Assembly: GCA_030704615.1 (NCBI GenBank) | Contig: CM060732.1 | Span: 62,124,001 to 62,188,000, forward strand | Source: Takakia lepidozioides | Taxonomy: Eukaryota; Plantae; Bryophyta | Direction of reading: 5' to 3' | Length of the DNA: 64,000 bases | Shown: positions 1 through 13,230 of the stretch, in pieces | Position numbering within the stretch: the first letter of the stretch is position 1 | Layout: the number at the start of each line of letters is the position of its first letter | Translations under genes and position numbers: made by a program | Notes under the pieces: generated by a model | Databases searched by the model: none | What the model saw: only the letters and a program-made list of their open reading frames with translations | What the model was told of the DNA's origin: nothing

Positions 1-1774
1 AGTCCTAGGTTCAAATCTGAATGTTTCATTTCATTATGCATTGAAGCCAGCTGCAATGAGTGTGCCACTTATCAATTAGGCACGGGATGGAAGTTCGACA
101 ATATCAAAACCTGGGGCCGGGACATTCCTGCCTGTAATAAGATGCATGGAAGTCGGGAATCATGAGATCAGCAGTCAAACTTGAACATATTGAATTCTGT
201 CATTGACTGTTGGACAGGATATCAACATCATCACTCTTCCCATAACCGGCTTGTGGGTGGTTCTTGGATGGGGGCATGCTGATTGTGACTTGGACTCATT
301 GGGGCTTGCAGAATTCAGCTGGGAAGTCATGCCACTGTGAAAACTGCAGCGAATCTTGTGAGGGAGCTTTCATATCAGAATAAGGTGAACTTTCTGATCC
401 CTTTACGGAATGCTTTCTTTTCGTGCAGTAAGAGAGTGACAGCATGTACTTTTTTACTGTTCTGTGTGTATGTCCTCTATGACTTACTCTTGGGGGCATA
501 GATCTGGAGGGATAACCGGCTCCATGTGGAGCCAAATGCGGGATTTCTACCCACCTGCGTTTTGTAAGAATGGGCTGCAATCGCCATAGCACTTATGCAC
601 AGACTGGTTACAGGAAGTTTTGGGTGTTGAGAAGAGAGCAATAAACAATTACCGTAACTCTCTGCAGGCAACAACAGTGAGTGAAAGTATTAGAGCAATT
701 GCATTGTGTTACTTTCTGAAGAAGGCTGCCAAAGTCCATGGGTGATGTGCTATCCCCATCTCCTATTACACAATTAAATGGGAAAGGAGACAGAAAGGGG
801 CCTCATTATGGAGCATGCTCCTGTCAATTCTGTCAAGCACCCTTGTAAATGAGTTTTTGTGTAAGTGGTGATGATGGCACATTCTGGATATCTGATGCTG
901 AGGTTTTCTGGGTGCAGTCATTTCTGCAGGCGGGGTTGATAGTGGCAGGCTGGGACAAGTACGAGGGGGGCAGTGTCTATGGGGTTCCTTTGGGAGGCAC
1001 CCTGCTTCGCCTTCCATTTGCCACAGGAGGTTTGTGTTGTCTAGTCGTTCCTCAGTCATTAATGTCAGGGTGTGTTAAACCCACCGCTGTGGCTCATCAA
1101 GTAATTAGGTTGTAGGAGAAAAACTATTGGCCAACACTTAGTATAGCTGAGTGCTTCCTGGAGCCATTACTACCTACTATCACCAATATGAGGTGGGCTC
1201 TTTTTGAAGCCACTTTGTAGTGCAACTGGGTTGTATGCCATTGATTTTCCATCAGGGATTGAATGTGCCAGGCACTCGGTTTCGCAAGGCATCCATTCTA
1301 CACGATAACCTCACCTCAAATGTACACTAAACTATATAGCCCTCCAATATTGGCCATGACTGCATTCTGGGGTGGTCATTGTCGAACTAACAAGCTATCT
1401 ATTGGAAGCTCTTTAACTATAAGCTCAGTTGTTCATTAACCCAAATCAATGTAACAATACCACCATTTTCTTTCGTAAACGCATCGAATACAATTCTATT
1501 TGCTTCTTGCAACTTCTCAAATGTAAGGATCAATTAAATGTGATGAGCTGGAGGGAAGGTGTGCAGGATCGGGATCAAGCTATCTGTACGGATTTCTGGA
1601 TCAGGCTTGGAAACCCAACATGAGCAAGGAGGAGGCTGAGGTATGTTATGCTTTTTGGATCATGTCATGTACAATATCTCTGCCTGTACAAAGTTTTATT
1701 GGAAGGCTCTATCAAGTTTTGGGGCACAAGGCCAAGCAATGATGGAGATAGAAAGGCAAAGAAAGTAAAGGAGA

Positions 1775-1965
1775 GAGACTGTACTCATAAGACGTTGTTT
1801 GCCGTAGCCTTGTGGCCATTGACCCCGCGCCCTGTTTGAGCCGAACACAAAAACTACCTTTGCCAGCGGCTGATGCCGGTAGTATGACTTACACAATTCA
1901 TCTGAGTTTTCCAGATCTCCTCTAGAAATCCCTTACACAAGCATCAATCTGCTGTGTGTGGTTTA
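1775..1965 (-). mobile_element. 5'-truncated 3' end of a non-LTR retrotransposon (same family as 28330-29720)
   Basis: Minus strand reads QQIDACVRDF.. and [13 protein letters not shown] then gtaca. Near-identical ends occur at about 16010-16170, 24890, 25970 and 28330. Confidence 0.75.
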
Positions 1966-3354
1966 GCGTTAGTTTAGTAAAGGAGAGAGAGAATGTACTC
2001 ATAAGATGTTGTTTGCTTGCAGCGGTTGGTAGTAAAGGCAGTCGCCTTGGCAATTGCACGTGATGGTGCCAGTGGTGGCGTTGTCCGGACTGTGACTGTA
2101 AGTTGTCTCCCCTCATCTTTCACTCACTCTCACTATCTCTGTCTCTGGTCTGGCTTAATTTGATGTCAATTCTCGTCTGCTTAACAATAACCACTGCTGA
2201 GTATCTTGGCAAAGAGCTTGGTAATGTAAATGTGACGGTGGCCTGTTCTGCTTCCTAACAACAGGAAGCACCTTAAAACAGCTCAAGGTGGTATATCAGT
2301 TGTGTTCCAGGTTATATCGTGACCATGTCCATGGCCTTGGTGGTGTTGGAACAGGTGAATGAGCATGGTGTGACACGCAACTTCTTTGCAGGAGACAAGC
2401 TACCACTTTTCTATGAAGAAATTCCTCCACGCCCCTCTCTTCTTCAAACTTGATTACTTGAGCTTAGCTCACAGCAACCCTTAGGAGTGCCATGGGTTTG
2501 TTCGGTTTTGGTAACAGAGAAGGGACAGCGTGTCGTCCTAAACTTAATTAGACACCTGATTTTTAGGTTGCACCCTCACAATCCTGTGCTTTGTTGACCA
2601 ACACCAAGTTGTGAGCCCTGGCTGCTCAGCTTTTGTCCAGTGGAACATTGATTATAAGCAACTGTACATGCATTTTGGTTCAACTGGAGCTGTTGATCTT
2701 CTGCTGATCTCAAGTGGATATAAGAAATTCGCAAATTGCATTTGGAAATTCCTTAAACTGACTGAACACCTACTGGAGTTCATTTGCAAGTTGCTCATTT
2801 TATAACTGTATTTGTTAGATTTTATATCTGGGTTTAGTTCTTCACACTTATGTTTGTGGCTGGAAGTAAGTATGGCCTCATCAGAGTCATGCAAATGCCA
2901 AGTGCACCACGAACTGCAAAGAGATGGAGGCCAAGATCCATATGGCCCCGGAGGAAGTGTCATAAAGGTTGGCACTTAAGTTTCTCCATAAACAAATGGA
3001 ACTTCAAAGTCGGGCCACCAAGAGCAATGTGGCTCTCTACAGATTCATCCCAGGCAGCAAGAGGGAACGGACAAGTCTAGTATGTGGGGTGAGAATAGTG
3101 AACACCTCTCCATTATATATAGGTCGTTTCATGATGTTAACAAGACCATAATTATATATAAAATTATATTACAAAATAAAATAAATTTTTATATGTATAT
3201 AGTTTTTATTTTAGAATTTTTAAAAATACTTTCTGTAAAAAACAATACCCTTATATATGTATATTTTAATTTTAATAGGGCAGGGATGGAGATCATTATA
3301 AGAGCATCCCCACCCTACACTGAACCAGCATGCCAAAGTAAAGTAAAGTATGAC

Positions 3355-4395
3355 ACCTCCCAAAGGGAGCGTAACTTATGGTGTCTTCTCACCACAAGGG
3401 CTACTGCCTTCTAGCTAAAAGGTGGCCACGAGTGTTGGTATGGTATGGGTATGAGACCCGATTATCAACCCTGGTATCAGGAACCAGACCAGCCTGGTCC
3501 TAAATTCTAGATACCCAGGGCTATACCATTGCCTAGCTTAGTGTAGGGTTAGCGAATACCATACCAGTCTGGTGTTGATGGCTAGGATTTAGTATTGATA
3601 CTCGTTGCAAGCGTTTCGCAACCATTCTGAAGTCGACTGGTATCAATCCTTGTTGACGGGAAGTAGGGAAGAGTGTTAATATGGTGGCCACTTCGCAGCT
3701 TAGGGCCGGTGAATTGTTGGGCGAACAATCAAGGCTGCGTCGGCAACCATCATTGTTGCTGGGTAGCGCTCAATTCTTGCAGCAAACCCCATATGTATGT
3801 GAATATTGCTGCTTATTCATGTTTCACAGATGTTGGATCTGGTGTTAAAGAGAGTCTCAAGGGGACAGTTCTCAGGACCACTTGGGGTGTCTCAAACCAA
3901 ATTGCTCATGCATGAAGAATTTTAAGCTCACAAATTGCCTTGAGAGCAAACGTGCACGTAACATTCATTTTCAATGATTTAGTATGATATGCAGTCGGTG
4001 GCAATGAGATCATTTTCCATATGCACTTCTGCTATTCATGTATGATACACTCATCAAGTCTTTTTTAAGTTTTATGTTGATACTAGATTCCAGTATATAT
4101 ACCAGCTGGTATTACTTGAGAAAATTTGTATTGATACCATTGCATAAGTGATTGCTCATTTCTCAATATCCATACGAACTGGTATGTAACTTGAAAAAAT
4201 ATCCCTGGTACCAATGTTCCCCTAGTATATCATTTTGAGAGCCACCTACATACCACGACCAGCCTGGTATCAAAAAATGTTGATACCAGACCAACACTGG
4301 TGGACACCTTCATGACACACCAGACCATGGTTTGAACCCACAACCACATCCAACGTGGTATATGCCCATTACCACTAGGCTACATGCTGGTTGTC
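3355..4395 (-). mobile_element. tRNA-derived SINE (family 1), split by a MITE insertion at 3430-4299
   Basis: 3355-3429 plus 4300-4395 rejoin into the same sequence as the copies at 4465 and 46590. The minus strand has A-box-like TAGCCTAGTGGTAA and B-box GGTTCAAACC. Confidence 0.75.
3430..4299. mobile_element. non-autonomous hAT-type MITE
   Basis: Terminal inverted repeats (g/c)AGTGTTGGT(a/c)TGGTAT. 8-bp target duplication gtggccac (3422-3429) / gtggacac (4300-4307). Many subterminal TGGTAT/ATACCA motifs. Confidence 0.75.
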
Positions 4396-4464
4396 AACGG
4401 AATACAACGGTATACTGTGTTGGATTGGAACACGTCCCTACCCTTGCCCTGAAAAAAAAAAATG

Positions 4465-4615
4465 ACGCTCCCGAAGGGGGCCTAACTTATGGTGTCACTT
4501 GACCCCAAAGGGCTACTGCGTTCCAGCAGGAAGGTGGACACCTTCATGACACACCAGACGGTGGTTTGAACCCACAACCACATCCAACATCCATTACCAC
4601 TGGGCTACATGCTGG
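4465..4615 (-). mobile_element. tRNA-derived SINE family 1 copy
   Basis: Shares taacttatggtgtc..agggctactgc..ggtggacaccttcatgacacaccagac..gtggtttgaacccacaaccac..ccattaccactgggctacatgctg with the other copies. A/B boxes on the minus strand. Confidence 0.75.
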
Positions 4616-4889
4616 CCCCCACCCTTGCCTTGAACACTACTAGGGCTTCGCGTTGCTCCGCACTACTAGCGACGAATTCTGATAACTATGTTCAATTTTC
4701 ACAAATCCCCATGGTGTTATATACAAACATCCCGTATTTCATTGTTTTTCAGAAGAGTATGGCGAAGTGTTGCCCAAGCTATCATGTCACGTCTCCACAT
4801 TTCCTTGTTTGGTGCAGCTAATTCTATCTACGCCCAAGAAGTGAGGGGGAGGGATTTAGCATTTGTTTTGTCTAGAGCAGAAGTCGGTT

Positions 4890-5112
4890 GAGAATTTATT
4901 TATTTAAAGGAAACCTGGGAACGACTGCTCACAATTCAGGCCCTTGAGGAGGGAGAAAAATTAACTCAGATAAGCCATTAGGCACACAGGTGGGAAACGT
5001 CACCACCAGACCAACCGGTCACGAACAATCCACACACCAGGCAGGGCAACGGGTTTGAACCCCCAACCACCAGGGCGACACACTGTGCACTTACCAGCTG
5101 AGCTGCCAGCTG
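4890..5112 (-). mobile_element. tRNA-derived SINE family 2
   Basis: Minus strand: GCAGCTCAGCTGGTAAG (A box-like), GGTTCAAACCC (B box), body ending ..gggcctgaattgtgagcagtcg..tttcctttaaataaataaa. Homologous to 33265-33490. Confidence 0.7.
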
Positions 5113-5189
5113 ATGTGCGAATTCTGAGAATTACCGTTCAATTGGCACAAAAAGGGGTGGCTCTGTCCTCTCTCTCACAACAGAGGAGG

Positions 5190-5440
5190 TACCTTCTCAA
5201 CTTGCTGCCTACTAAGGTCAACCAGGAGCTGCTCCATAGCCTTGCAATTTGCCATGAAGTTCTCGTCCTTGATATCAACACTGTCTTTCAATACATTTAA
5301 CCCCTGATCCAAACTCATAAACCCCCTCCAACCACCTGAAATTAAAGGAATCAATTGAAGGAAGTGACAGTCTAAGAATGTACTCACCAAACAGCATTGC
5401 ACTGCTGATGAAGCTGCGTAAGGCCTCCTTGTCTGTAGCC
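5190..5440 (-). pseudogene. two-exon fragment resembling the N-terminus of methylcrotonoyl-CoA carboxylase beta subunit
   Basis: Exon about 5190-5305 bounded by cag/gt reads LNVLKDSVDIKDENFMANCKAMEQLLVDLSRQQVEK. This resembles the plant MCCB N-terminus as I recall it (ILPDGVDRNSEAF..N..AMEGILSEL). No downstream exons found. Confidence 0.45.
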
Positions 5441-7990
5441 AAAGTGCTTTACTGTCGGAGTGATACCATGATCTTGACTCAGGGAATCAAAGTACCGTCT
5501 TCCTTCATTCAGTAGGCCAGTGTGGTTGCATGCAGAGAGAACACATATAAAGGCTGTCCAGCTTCAAGCCATTCTTTTGCATTCCTTCAAATAGTTGCAG
5601 GACCTCCCTATGACAACATGTTGGGCATATCCTGCGATCATGGCATTCCACATCTGGCATACATGTCCACGAGGGGATTGTTCAAAACTACATCTGGTAC
5701 AATTCCAGCTTTGGCGATGCAACCATGCCCTTTTCCAGGGCTGCCAGGCTTGCATACACACTGCAAATGCACGCAAACGTGATGTGGTCGGGCTTCACCA
5801 CTTCCCCCGTCATTTGTTCATAGGTCTCCAAAGCCTCCAGCCTGTCTTGCTGCAATCTCTTGTATATCTCGAAAGCCTCCTTGCCACATCCATGTTGAGC
5901 ACACCCTGTGATCATGGTGTTCCATGATATTATCTTTCGTTTAACCAATTGTCAAAAGCTTGACGCGCATCCTTTATGCTCCCACATTTTGCATACGTGT
6001 CCACAAGCGTAGTCTTCTTATGTAGCATGCAATTCCAGATTTAATGATGTCAGCATGGACCTCTTTGCCCTTCTCCAAGGCTCCCAGGCTGGCACATGCA
6101 TTGAGAACACAAGTGAATGTGACGCTGTTGAGCGTTAGCCCTTTATTTTGCATTTGTTCATACACCTCAACAGCCTCCCTGCCATACTCATGCGGAGCAT
6201 ATGCTGCAATCATGGTCCTCCATGAAACCACATCATGTTGTGTCATATTGTCACCTGCCAGATGTGGCGTAGATGTTGAGCAGCACATAAGCTGCATGGT
6301 GGTTGGGATCGCACTTGAGAAGAGATTTTGCTGCATGTTCTGCTACCTCCACATCCCCATGAATTCTGGCAGCAGCAGGCATGCGTGTACAAGCCTGGGA
6401 GCCCTAGAAAAGGTGCAAAGAGGTCCATGATGACATCGTCAAAGCTGGAACTGTACCAGATGTCATTCTGAACACTGCCCTGGTGGACATGTATGCCAAA
6501 TGTGGGTGTATTAAAGATGCAAAGGGAGTTTTCATTTGGACATGAAATGATTGACACTGGCCTTTTTATGCAGTTGGTTGTTTCACTTGGTAACAATAAT
6601 ACTCTTCACTAGGAAAAGGTAGCAAAAGGACTGCACCCATTTTTCTCGAAGGAGAAGACAACAATGTCCTACTGCGGCAGGTCCGTGCTCCAGTTTTAAT
6701 TCAGGTCCTCTGTGTTGGGAGCATTGAGGATGCGCAGGGAGTGTTCAACAGTATGGCTGACTGAGATTTGGTGTCATTGAATGCCATGCTTGCAGGGTAT
6801 CGAGGATGCAAAGGCAATGTTCAACAATATGGCTGAATAAAATGTGGTGTTGTGGGTGCATTTTCAGACCTGCAATTGTACAAAATGTCATTCAGAGCAA
6901 TACCCTTGTGGACATGTATGAAGGGAGTGTTCGACAGTGTGGCTGAACCAGATGTGGTGTCGTGGAGTGCGATAATTGCAGGATATGCACAGCAAGGGTG
7001 CGGGATGGAGGCTTTGGAGATTTAGGAGCAAATGTTGCACGAAGGGGCAAAGCCCAACCACATCACATTTGTTTGTGTTTGTAATGCGTGTGCAAGCCTG
7101 GGAGCTCTGGAAAAGGGGAAAGAGGTCCGTGGTGACATCGTCAAAGCTGGAATTGTACCAGATGTCATTTGAACACTGCCCTGGCGGACAAACACAAACA
7201 AATGTGATGCGGTTGGGCTTCACCCCTTCGCGCAACATTTGCTTATAGGTCTCCAAAGCCTCCATCCCGCATCCTTGCTGTGCATATCATGCAATCATCG
7301 CACTCCACGACACCACATCTCATTTAGCCATACTGCCGAACACTCCCTTTGCATCCTCGATGCACTCACATTTGACATATGTCCAGCGCACAGACGTGAT
7401 GTGATCGGGCTTCACCCCTTCCCCCATCATGACATACATGTCCAGCAGGGCAGTGTTCAGAATGACATCGGGTACAATTCTAGATTTGACGATGTCACCA
7501 TGGACCTCTTTGCACCTTTCCAGGGCTGCCAGGGTTGCACACGCATTGTCATCGCACTCCACGACACCACACCTCATTCAGCCATACTGTCAAACACTCC
7601 CTTCATACATGTCCACGAGGGTATTGTTCAGAATGACACTTGGTACAATTGCAGCTTTGACAATGTCGCCATGGACCTCTTTCACCCTTTTCCAGAGCTG
7701 CCAGGCTTGCACACGCATCACAAATGCACACAATCTCAACAAGTCAATTGTGGTCATAAGATACCTTTTTCCAGTCTCTGCCATATTTCCGAAATGCTTG
7801 ATAGAAGAGCTCCAGGTCCTCTTTGCTCTAGGGAGGTCCAAGCATGTCTGACAATTTGCGCTTCTGATTACCAGCCCGCCCACTCACCTCAGTCCCATAA
7901 CTGCATTCAAGCAGCATCCAAAATTGGATTTCACTCTTGCTCACGCTGGGTGTGCTACCCATCTGCCCAGTCCCAATGGCATCATTGCTC
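5440..7990. pseudogene. scrambled PLS-class pentatricopeptide repeat (PPR) pseudogene, fragments in both orientations
   Basis: Repeated motifs DVVSWxxMIAxYAxHG, EGVKPDHITFxCV, CASLGALEKGKEVHADIIK, ILNTALVDMYAKC and GLLNEGRRYFDSLSQDHGITP, with many frameshifts. Mostly minus strand, with plus-strand blocks at about 6380-6850 and 6920-7185. Confidence 0.9.
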
Positions 7991-10151
7991 CTGGATATGG
8001 AATTTCGCCGGGATCCAACAACCTGCAACCTGACATCACCAGAATCAGGCAAATTGTTCAATTGAATGCCTTTGATGAGGATGGATCTATAGGCAAAAAC
8101 AGAAAGAGAGCTCAATTTGCTGGGACAGAAAGTGCTATTCCTTCTTCAAGTTGCTTAAAGGGTCATGCTCAGGTCTATGGGCACTCCCCTCTTTCATTAT
8201 CACCACGTTTAACAAAACAATGGTCACAAAAATAATGACCAAGAAGGCTGAAACATGGAAAAAGAGCAACCTTCAGCTTTGAATGTCAGACTCACAGTTC
8301 GCATTTATTGTTTCCAGTGAACACTGGTTATAGGGAGAGATTATGGCGGACAGATCTCCTGCAGTTCAAGAAAATCAAGATCTGGGCATTGCGGGCAGTT
8401 CCAAAGACGTTGGCGTGGCGATTTCTATTGGCCTATTTCGCGCGGGCCGTCCGGGCAGATTCCAAAGAAATTGACGACGACGATGACCTGGCGACGATGA
8501 CGTAGCACTATGGCACCCTATACCTGCTCTACGCTAAACTAGCTTCCGACCTTCGGTCGTCGCTAGAATATCCCGTTCCGGGCCATGAACCCGAGCGCAA
8601 CATTCAGGACCCTGAACCTGCCCCTGAAAACAAGTCAATGTGACAATGGCCAAGTGAGAGAGCGCCTGTCAGCAGCTTGGCAACGACCACGCCGGCTCCT
8701 GCCAATGGGAAGGCGAGAGGGGAATGGGGGACCAGCTGCGCGGGGGATTGCGTGGACGATTTAGGGCCAGATGTGCGTGCGTCGGGTTGCCCCGCCACGG
8801 AACACAACGGGCTTGAATCAAACGCAGTATTTTTGGCGTTACAGGGAGTTTTTTGAGGGAAAAATCTAGAGCGGGACATACTTCTCTCTTATTCTTATTT
8901 GTCATTTCTATTAAATAATGGATGGTCCTGCGGACGAATATAAACAGTCTAAAAAGTTACAAAAAGTTGTAGTATAATACAGTATTTGCAAAAGTAGAGC
9001 AGAGCAGTGAAGCAGAAATTTCTTGAGCTGCAGCACATATCTAAAATGGGTGTTTGGGATTGTAGGCAGAAATTTCATGAGTAAGATGATTGTGTGTTGA
9101 ACCTATAGAATTTCTGTGAAATAACGAGGTTGAGCCCGGTGGAGAGTCTGTGCCCGCATACAACGAATAAACACCTTCAGCCCATGTCGCGCAATCCCAC
9201 TCTACAGCTGTATCGTCCTTGACCAGCTCCAACCCTCTCGCGATCCCACTGCCCCAATGGATGCAACCGTATCCTACTTCACTAGCCCCACCCCTTATAC
9301 CACATTTGTGTACTCCTGCACCAGCCACAACCATGCACACATTGAGCACTGTAAGCTTAGACCACCTTCCTTCCTTCCACATCTGGTTAGTGAGTTGCCT
9401 CTCACAATAGTAGAACTATCTAGAAAAACAATTGGTGAACTACTGAAGATGGCTATATCTACCTATAGAACTATCTAGAAACTCAAAGTATCTAGAAAGT
9501 TAACTAGTGAAGATGGATATTCCAGATGGCTACGTATAGCTACCTGCAGATGGCGCCCACCTGCTCCTTTCTTTCTAGCTTGGCTTGACACCTCACAAGC
9601 TAAATTACCCCTACCCACACCCCTTTCTGTGGCACCTCATTCGTCGAACCCTCTATCTCTTTTTTTGGTACCCCTCTTGAACCCCTTGTGCTCTTATAAA
9701 GAGAAAGGAAAGAGAAAGGAGAATGATTCATGAGAGATTTTTATTTTACAAAAGATTTTCCCACGACCTATCAAGCAGACTCCCTACCACTATACTACCC
9801 ACTCCGAATCTTGTGAAGCTAATCTCTACAGTATGTATTTATCTATGTTTTTGGAAAACCCCTTCATGTATGTATAATATGTATATGGGGGATTTTGCTC
9901 ACACTCTAGCATGGTGAGGTTTCCTGTATATTTTTGTGTGTACCTACATGGTGTTGGATGTGCCTAGAGTATGAACTCTGCTGGGGGTGGTGTGTGGTCA
10001 CTCTTCATTAGGCTAGAACACCATCTCTGATCAATACTTTATCGGAGAGGGGGTTTAGGAAAAAAAAAAATTGTGCGAAATATATGTATATGTAGGGGAT
10101 AATGCATTTACATAAACTTTACAAAGATCTATAAATACATATAAGAATACA

Positions 10152-10153
<2 letters not shown>

Positions 10154-10192
<39 letters not shown>
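10154..10192. repeat. poly(T) tract
   Basis: Uninterrupted run of about 39 T. Confidence 0.95.
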
Positions 10193-11974
10193 CTGCATTT
10201 GTTGATGGGATTGACCCTAAGACCTAAATTTTTCTCTCTTTTTGTAGGGGGAGGGGCTTTTTTAAAAATAAAAATTTGTACAAATTTTTATACACATGGG
10301 ATGGGTAAATTGGTAATTAAAATACATACATGGGTTCAATATCAGTGTACAAGGCTGAGTACAGAGGTATTAAAAAACGTATTGATCGCACATGTTATGA
10401 GATTTATATGAATAGTGAACCCCCCCACGGGGGGGACTCTGTTCAGTGCCTGTGCGCTCCTCTACGAGATGTCACATAGATGTCACATACCACAGAAGGG
10501 GAATCAGAAGTGCAATATCCAGCTGAACTACCTACTCCTCTTCTGTTGTCGTTTTCCACCGCCAGGGCTTTTCTCAGTTGACCACTCTTACACTTCTGAT
10601 GCCCTACACTCCCACGTTTAATCATGGCCTGTCTTGATGAGATACGGAGCCAATGCAGGCTTGCTTGCCGGTCCAAAGCTGCATATCCAGTACCGAATGT
10701 GCAAAGTTTGAACAGCGGTACACCATAACAAACAATTAAACCTCCACTGCCTTAGAATTCTGGTCAACTTGTCTTTGATTGTTCTTGGATCCATGCAATC
10801 AAATTGACCATCTGGGACTTCATCGTCTGAATCAGGTATCCTGATGAAAAAAATATTACAAGTTGAAGTAATCTAAGCGTAATAGATTTTGAATCTTCAT
10901 GTACATTGGCATGTACATGATCCGATCAGCTCCCTCGTCTCGCTCTAGGTACCATCCCAAGCTGAATTCCATCGTAGAAACCAAAAATAGGCACTACTAA
11001 CGGCATCGATCGCCGCTTACAAGATTGGTTGTCTGGGCCATTTGCAAAAGACAAATACAGCCCCGCGAGAGGTTCGATCGGTACCTCATTAGATGCTATG
11101 CCGCTGAAAACCTGGAGCTGAACAAAGAATATCCCTGGGGTACTGCAACCTGGATCTGGATCACCTCAGTAATGAATGGGTGTATCGCTCATGTTCCATG
11201 GTATAACTCTTAAGCTAGCAACCTGGCCAGGTGTGATCCATGGCCCAGATGAGGAGCAGCTCATGTTGTCATTCTTGAGGGAAGGACCCAACTCGCAAAG
11301 AGGTCCAACTCCTTTCACTTAGAGCATTCAGGCCTGCTCTTTGATTTGTGCAGTGCCGTTTGTGGCTTTGCACGGCTAGATTGCTGCTGTTATTGTAGTG
11401 AGAGTGAGAATGATAACAATTCAGGTGTCAAGTGTCAACCCACTGTCTCGGTCAAAGACTTGTTTCAACGGGTCCTGCACCTTCTGCGTACACCAGCTGA
11501 CAAACACCAGAATGACCCAATGTTTGAATGCCATCACTACAGCAGTGGCGATCTCTTGATGCCCCACCAGACCCCACCTTGGTCAAAGCACTACTCCATA
11601 TGTGGAGGAAAAGGAACCAGCATTCTATTCTTTCTTTTCTTCTTTCTTTCCGTGGGAACCAGCAGGAGGTGTAGGCCCTTGATAGCAATTAGAGAGAGAA
11701 GATAAAGTGAGTGAGCAGATAAGAACAGGCAACGAGATACTTAGCAGAATCAGCAGGGTGGCACTCAACTGCGCCACCGACTGTGATGTGACTAGTGACT
11801 ACTACCCAAATTTGGCTCATAACAAATATCCCGGAATTTATATATTTATTTACTAGCTTGCGCGACACCTGGCCACCTCCAAGCCGTTGGATGTGACATG
11901 TCCCTTTTCAATGGTGGGTCCTTGGGCTGTCAGACCATTCCCACATTCATCAAATAGCATTATATATGAGGCCT

Positions 11975-12110
11975 CCCCCTCCCCAAGGAAGCGTAACCCA
12001 AGGGTTACTGCCTTCCGATAGGAAGGTGGACACCTTTGCGACACCAATCGGTGGATTGAACCCACAACCACTTCCGAGTGGTATGTGCCCATTACCACTT
12101 GGCACACTAT
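11975..12110 (-). mobile_element. tRNA-derived SINE family 1 copy (internally deleted)
   Basis: aagcgtaac..agggttactgccttcc..ggaaggtggacacc..gtggattgaacccacaaccac..gtggtatgtgcccattaccact. Confidence 0.65.
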
Positions 12111-12539
12111 AACAGGCCGACATGATTTTAGCGGAAAATTTAAAAAATGAGTTTAAGAGAGCAAGTAAGAGTGGAATGGATGAAAGAGGTGAAAAGTAGG
12201 GATGTGTGGATGGATGGATGGGGTGGGTCTAATCAGAGTGAGGTGTGTGAGCAGTGCAGGGGTGGGGTAAAGAAAGTGAATAAATGGGGTCACTCTCATC
12301 CACGGAGAGCTGGCAAAACTGTGTGAATAAGTAAATGAACGGCAGTACCACTGTTTCATCCATCCATTTCGCTATTACTTGAAGGATGAGGATGAGATGG
12401 TTCGGGCAGAGGCATTGCCGCAGTGTGGTGAAGTGTGTTGGAGCCTCTCTCTCTCTCTCTCTCTCGCTCTGTTCTGCTCGCTCGGCTCTGTCGGCTTCTG
12501 GCTTATTCTGTCTCTGAAGGGTATGAGAATATCTTTCCT

Positions 12540-13190
12540 TTTCTTCGTGCACCTTGATCTTGTCTTAGTGTAGCAAAATTGCAGGTGCTCACATGTCTGA
12601 TTTAGTTTCAGCAATGCTAGTACATGCAACTCGCTCTGCAGTAGGCTCTCCATGTGGAAGTTGAATTGCAATGCTCTGGTTGTCACACATGGTTTGAAGC
12701 TTCTGGCTTCATTTGTCTCTGTGGGGTCTAAGAGAATTCTGCCTTTTCTATTTGGTCTTTAATCTTGTTGGTGTGCTCACATGCTGTCTACTGCTTTAGT
12801 TTTGGCAATGCATGTACACATAACTCAGCGCTCTCTGCAGGAGGCTCTCCACCTTACAGGATCTGTTAAGTTGAATTGCAATGTTCTGGTTGTAATAGAT
12901 GGTTTGAAGCTTCTGGCCTCATCTGTCTATATGGGGTGACTTCTTGGTCCATCTTATTGGTGTGGCAGAACATGCCATCTTACCAATTCAGTTTTGACAA
13001 TGCAGTTTTGACATTTAACTCACAGCTATCCCTCCACATGAGGCTCTCCATCTTACTGATTCAGTTTTGACAAGGCACTCATAATATTTAACTCACAGCT
13101 ATCTCTCCACACCAGGCTCCCCACCTTAGAGAATCTGTGAAAGTTGAATTCCAATGTTCTGGTTGTAATAGATGGTTTGAAGCATGCACA
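12540..13190. repeat. three diverged ~210-270 bp tandem units upstream of the B3 gene ATG (probable 5'UTR intron)
   Basis: gttgaatt(g/c)caatg(c/t)tctggttgt..atggtttgaagc recurs at about 12660, 12870 and 13143. Confidence 0.7.
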
Positions 13191-13230
13191 CTGTATTCTA
13201 AACTGTTTTCAGAATCACAGCGATCTAGAA

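Noticed and set aside
1-3080. Short ORFs and exon-like pieces (e.g. 2310-2800)
   Set aside because: Interrupted by stops, with no motif I can confidently assign.
4465-5112. tRNA genes suggested by A/B boxes
   Set aside because: No complete cloverleaf. The boxes are attached to repeated non-tRNA bodies, so these are SINEs.
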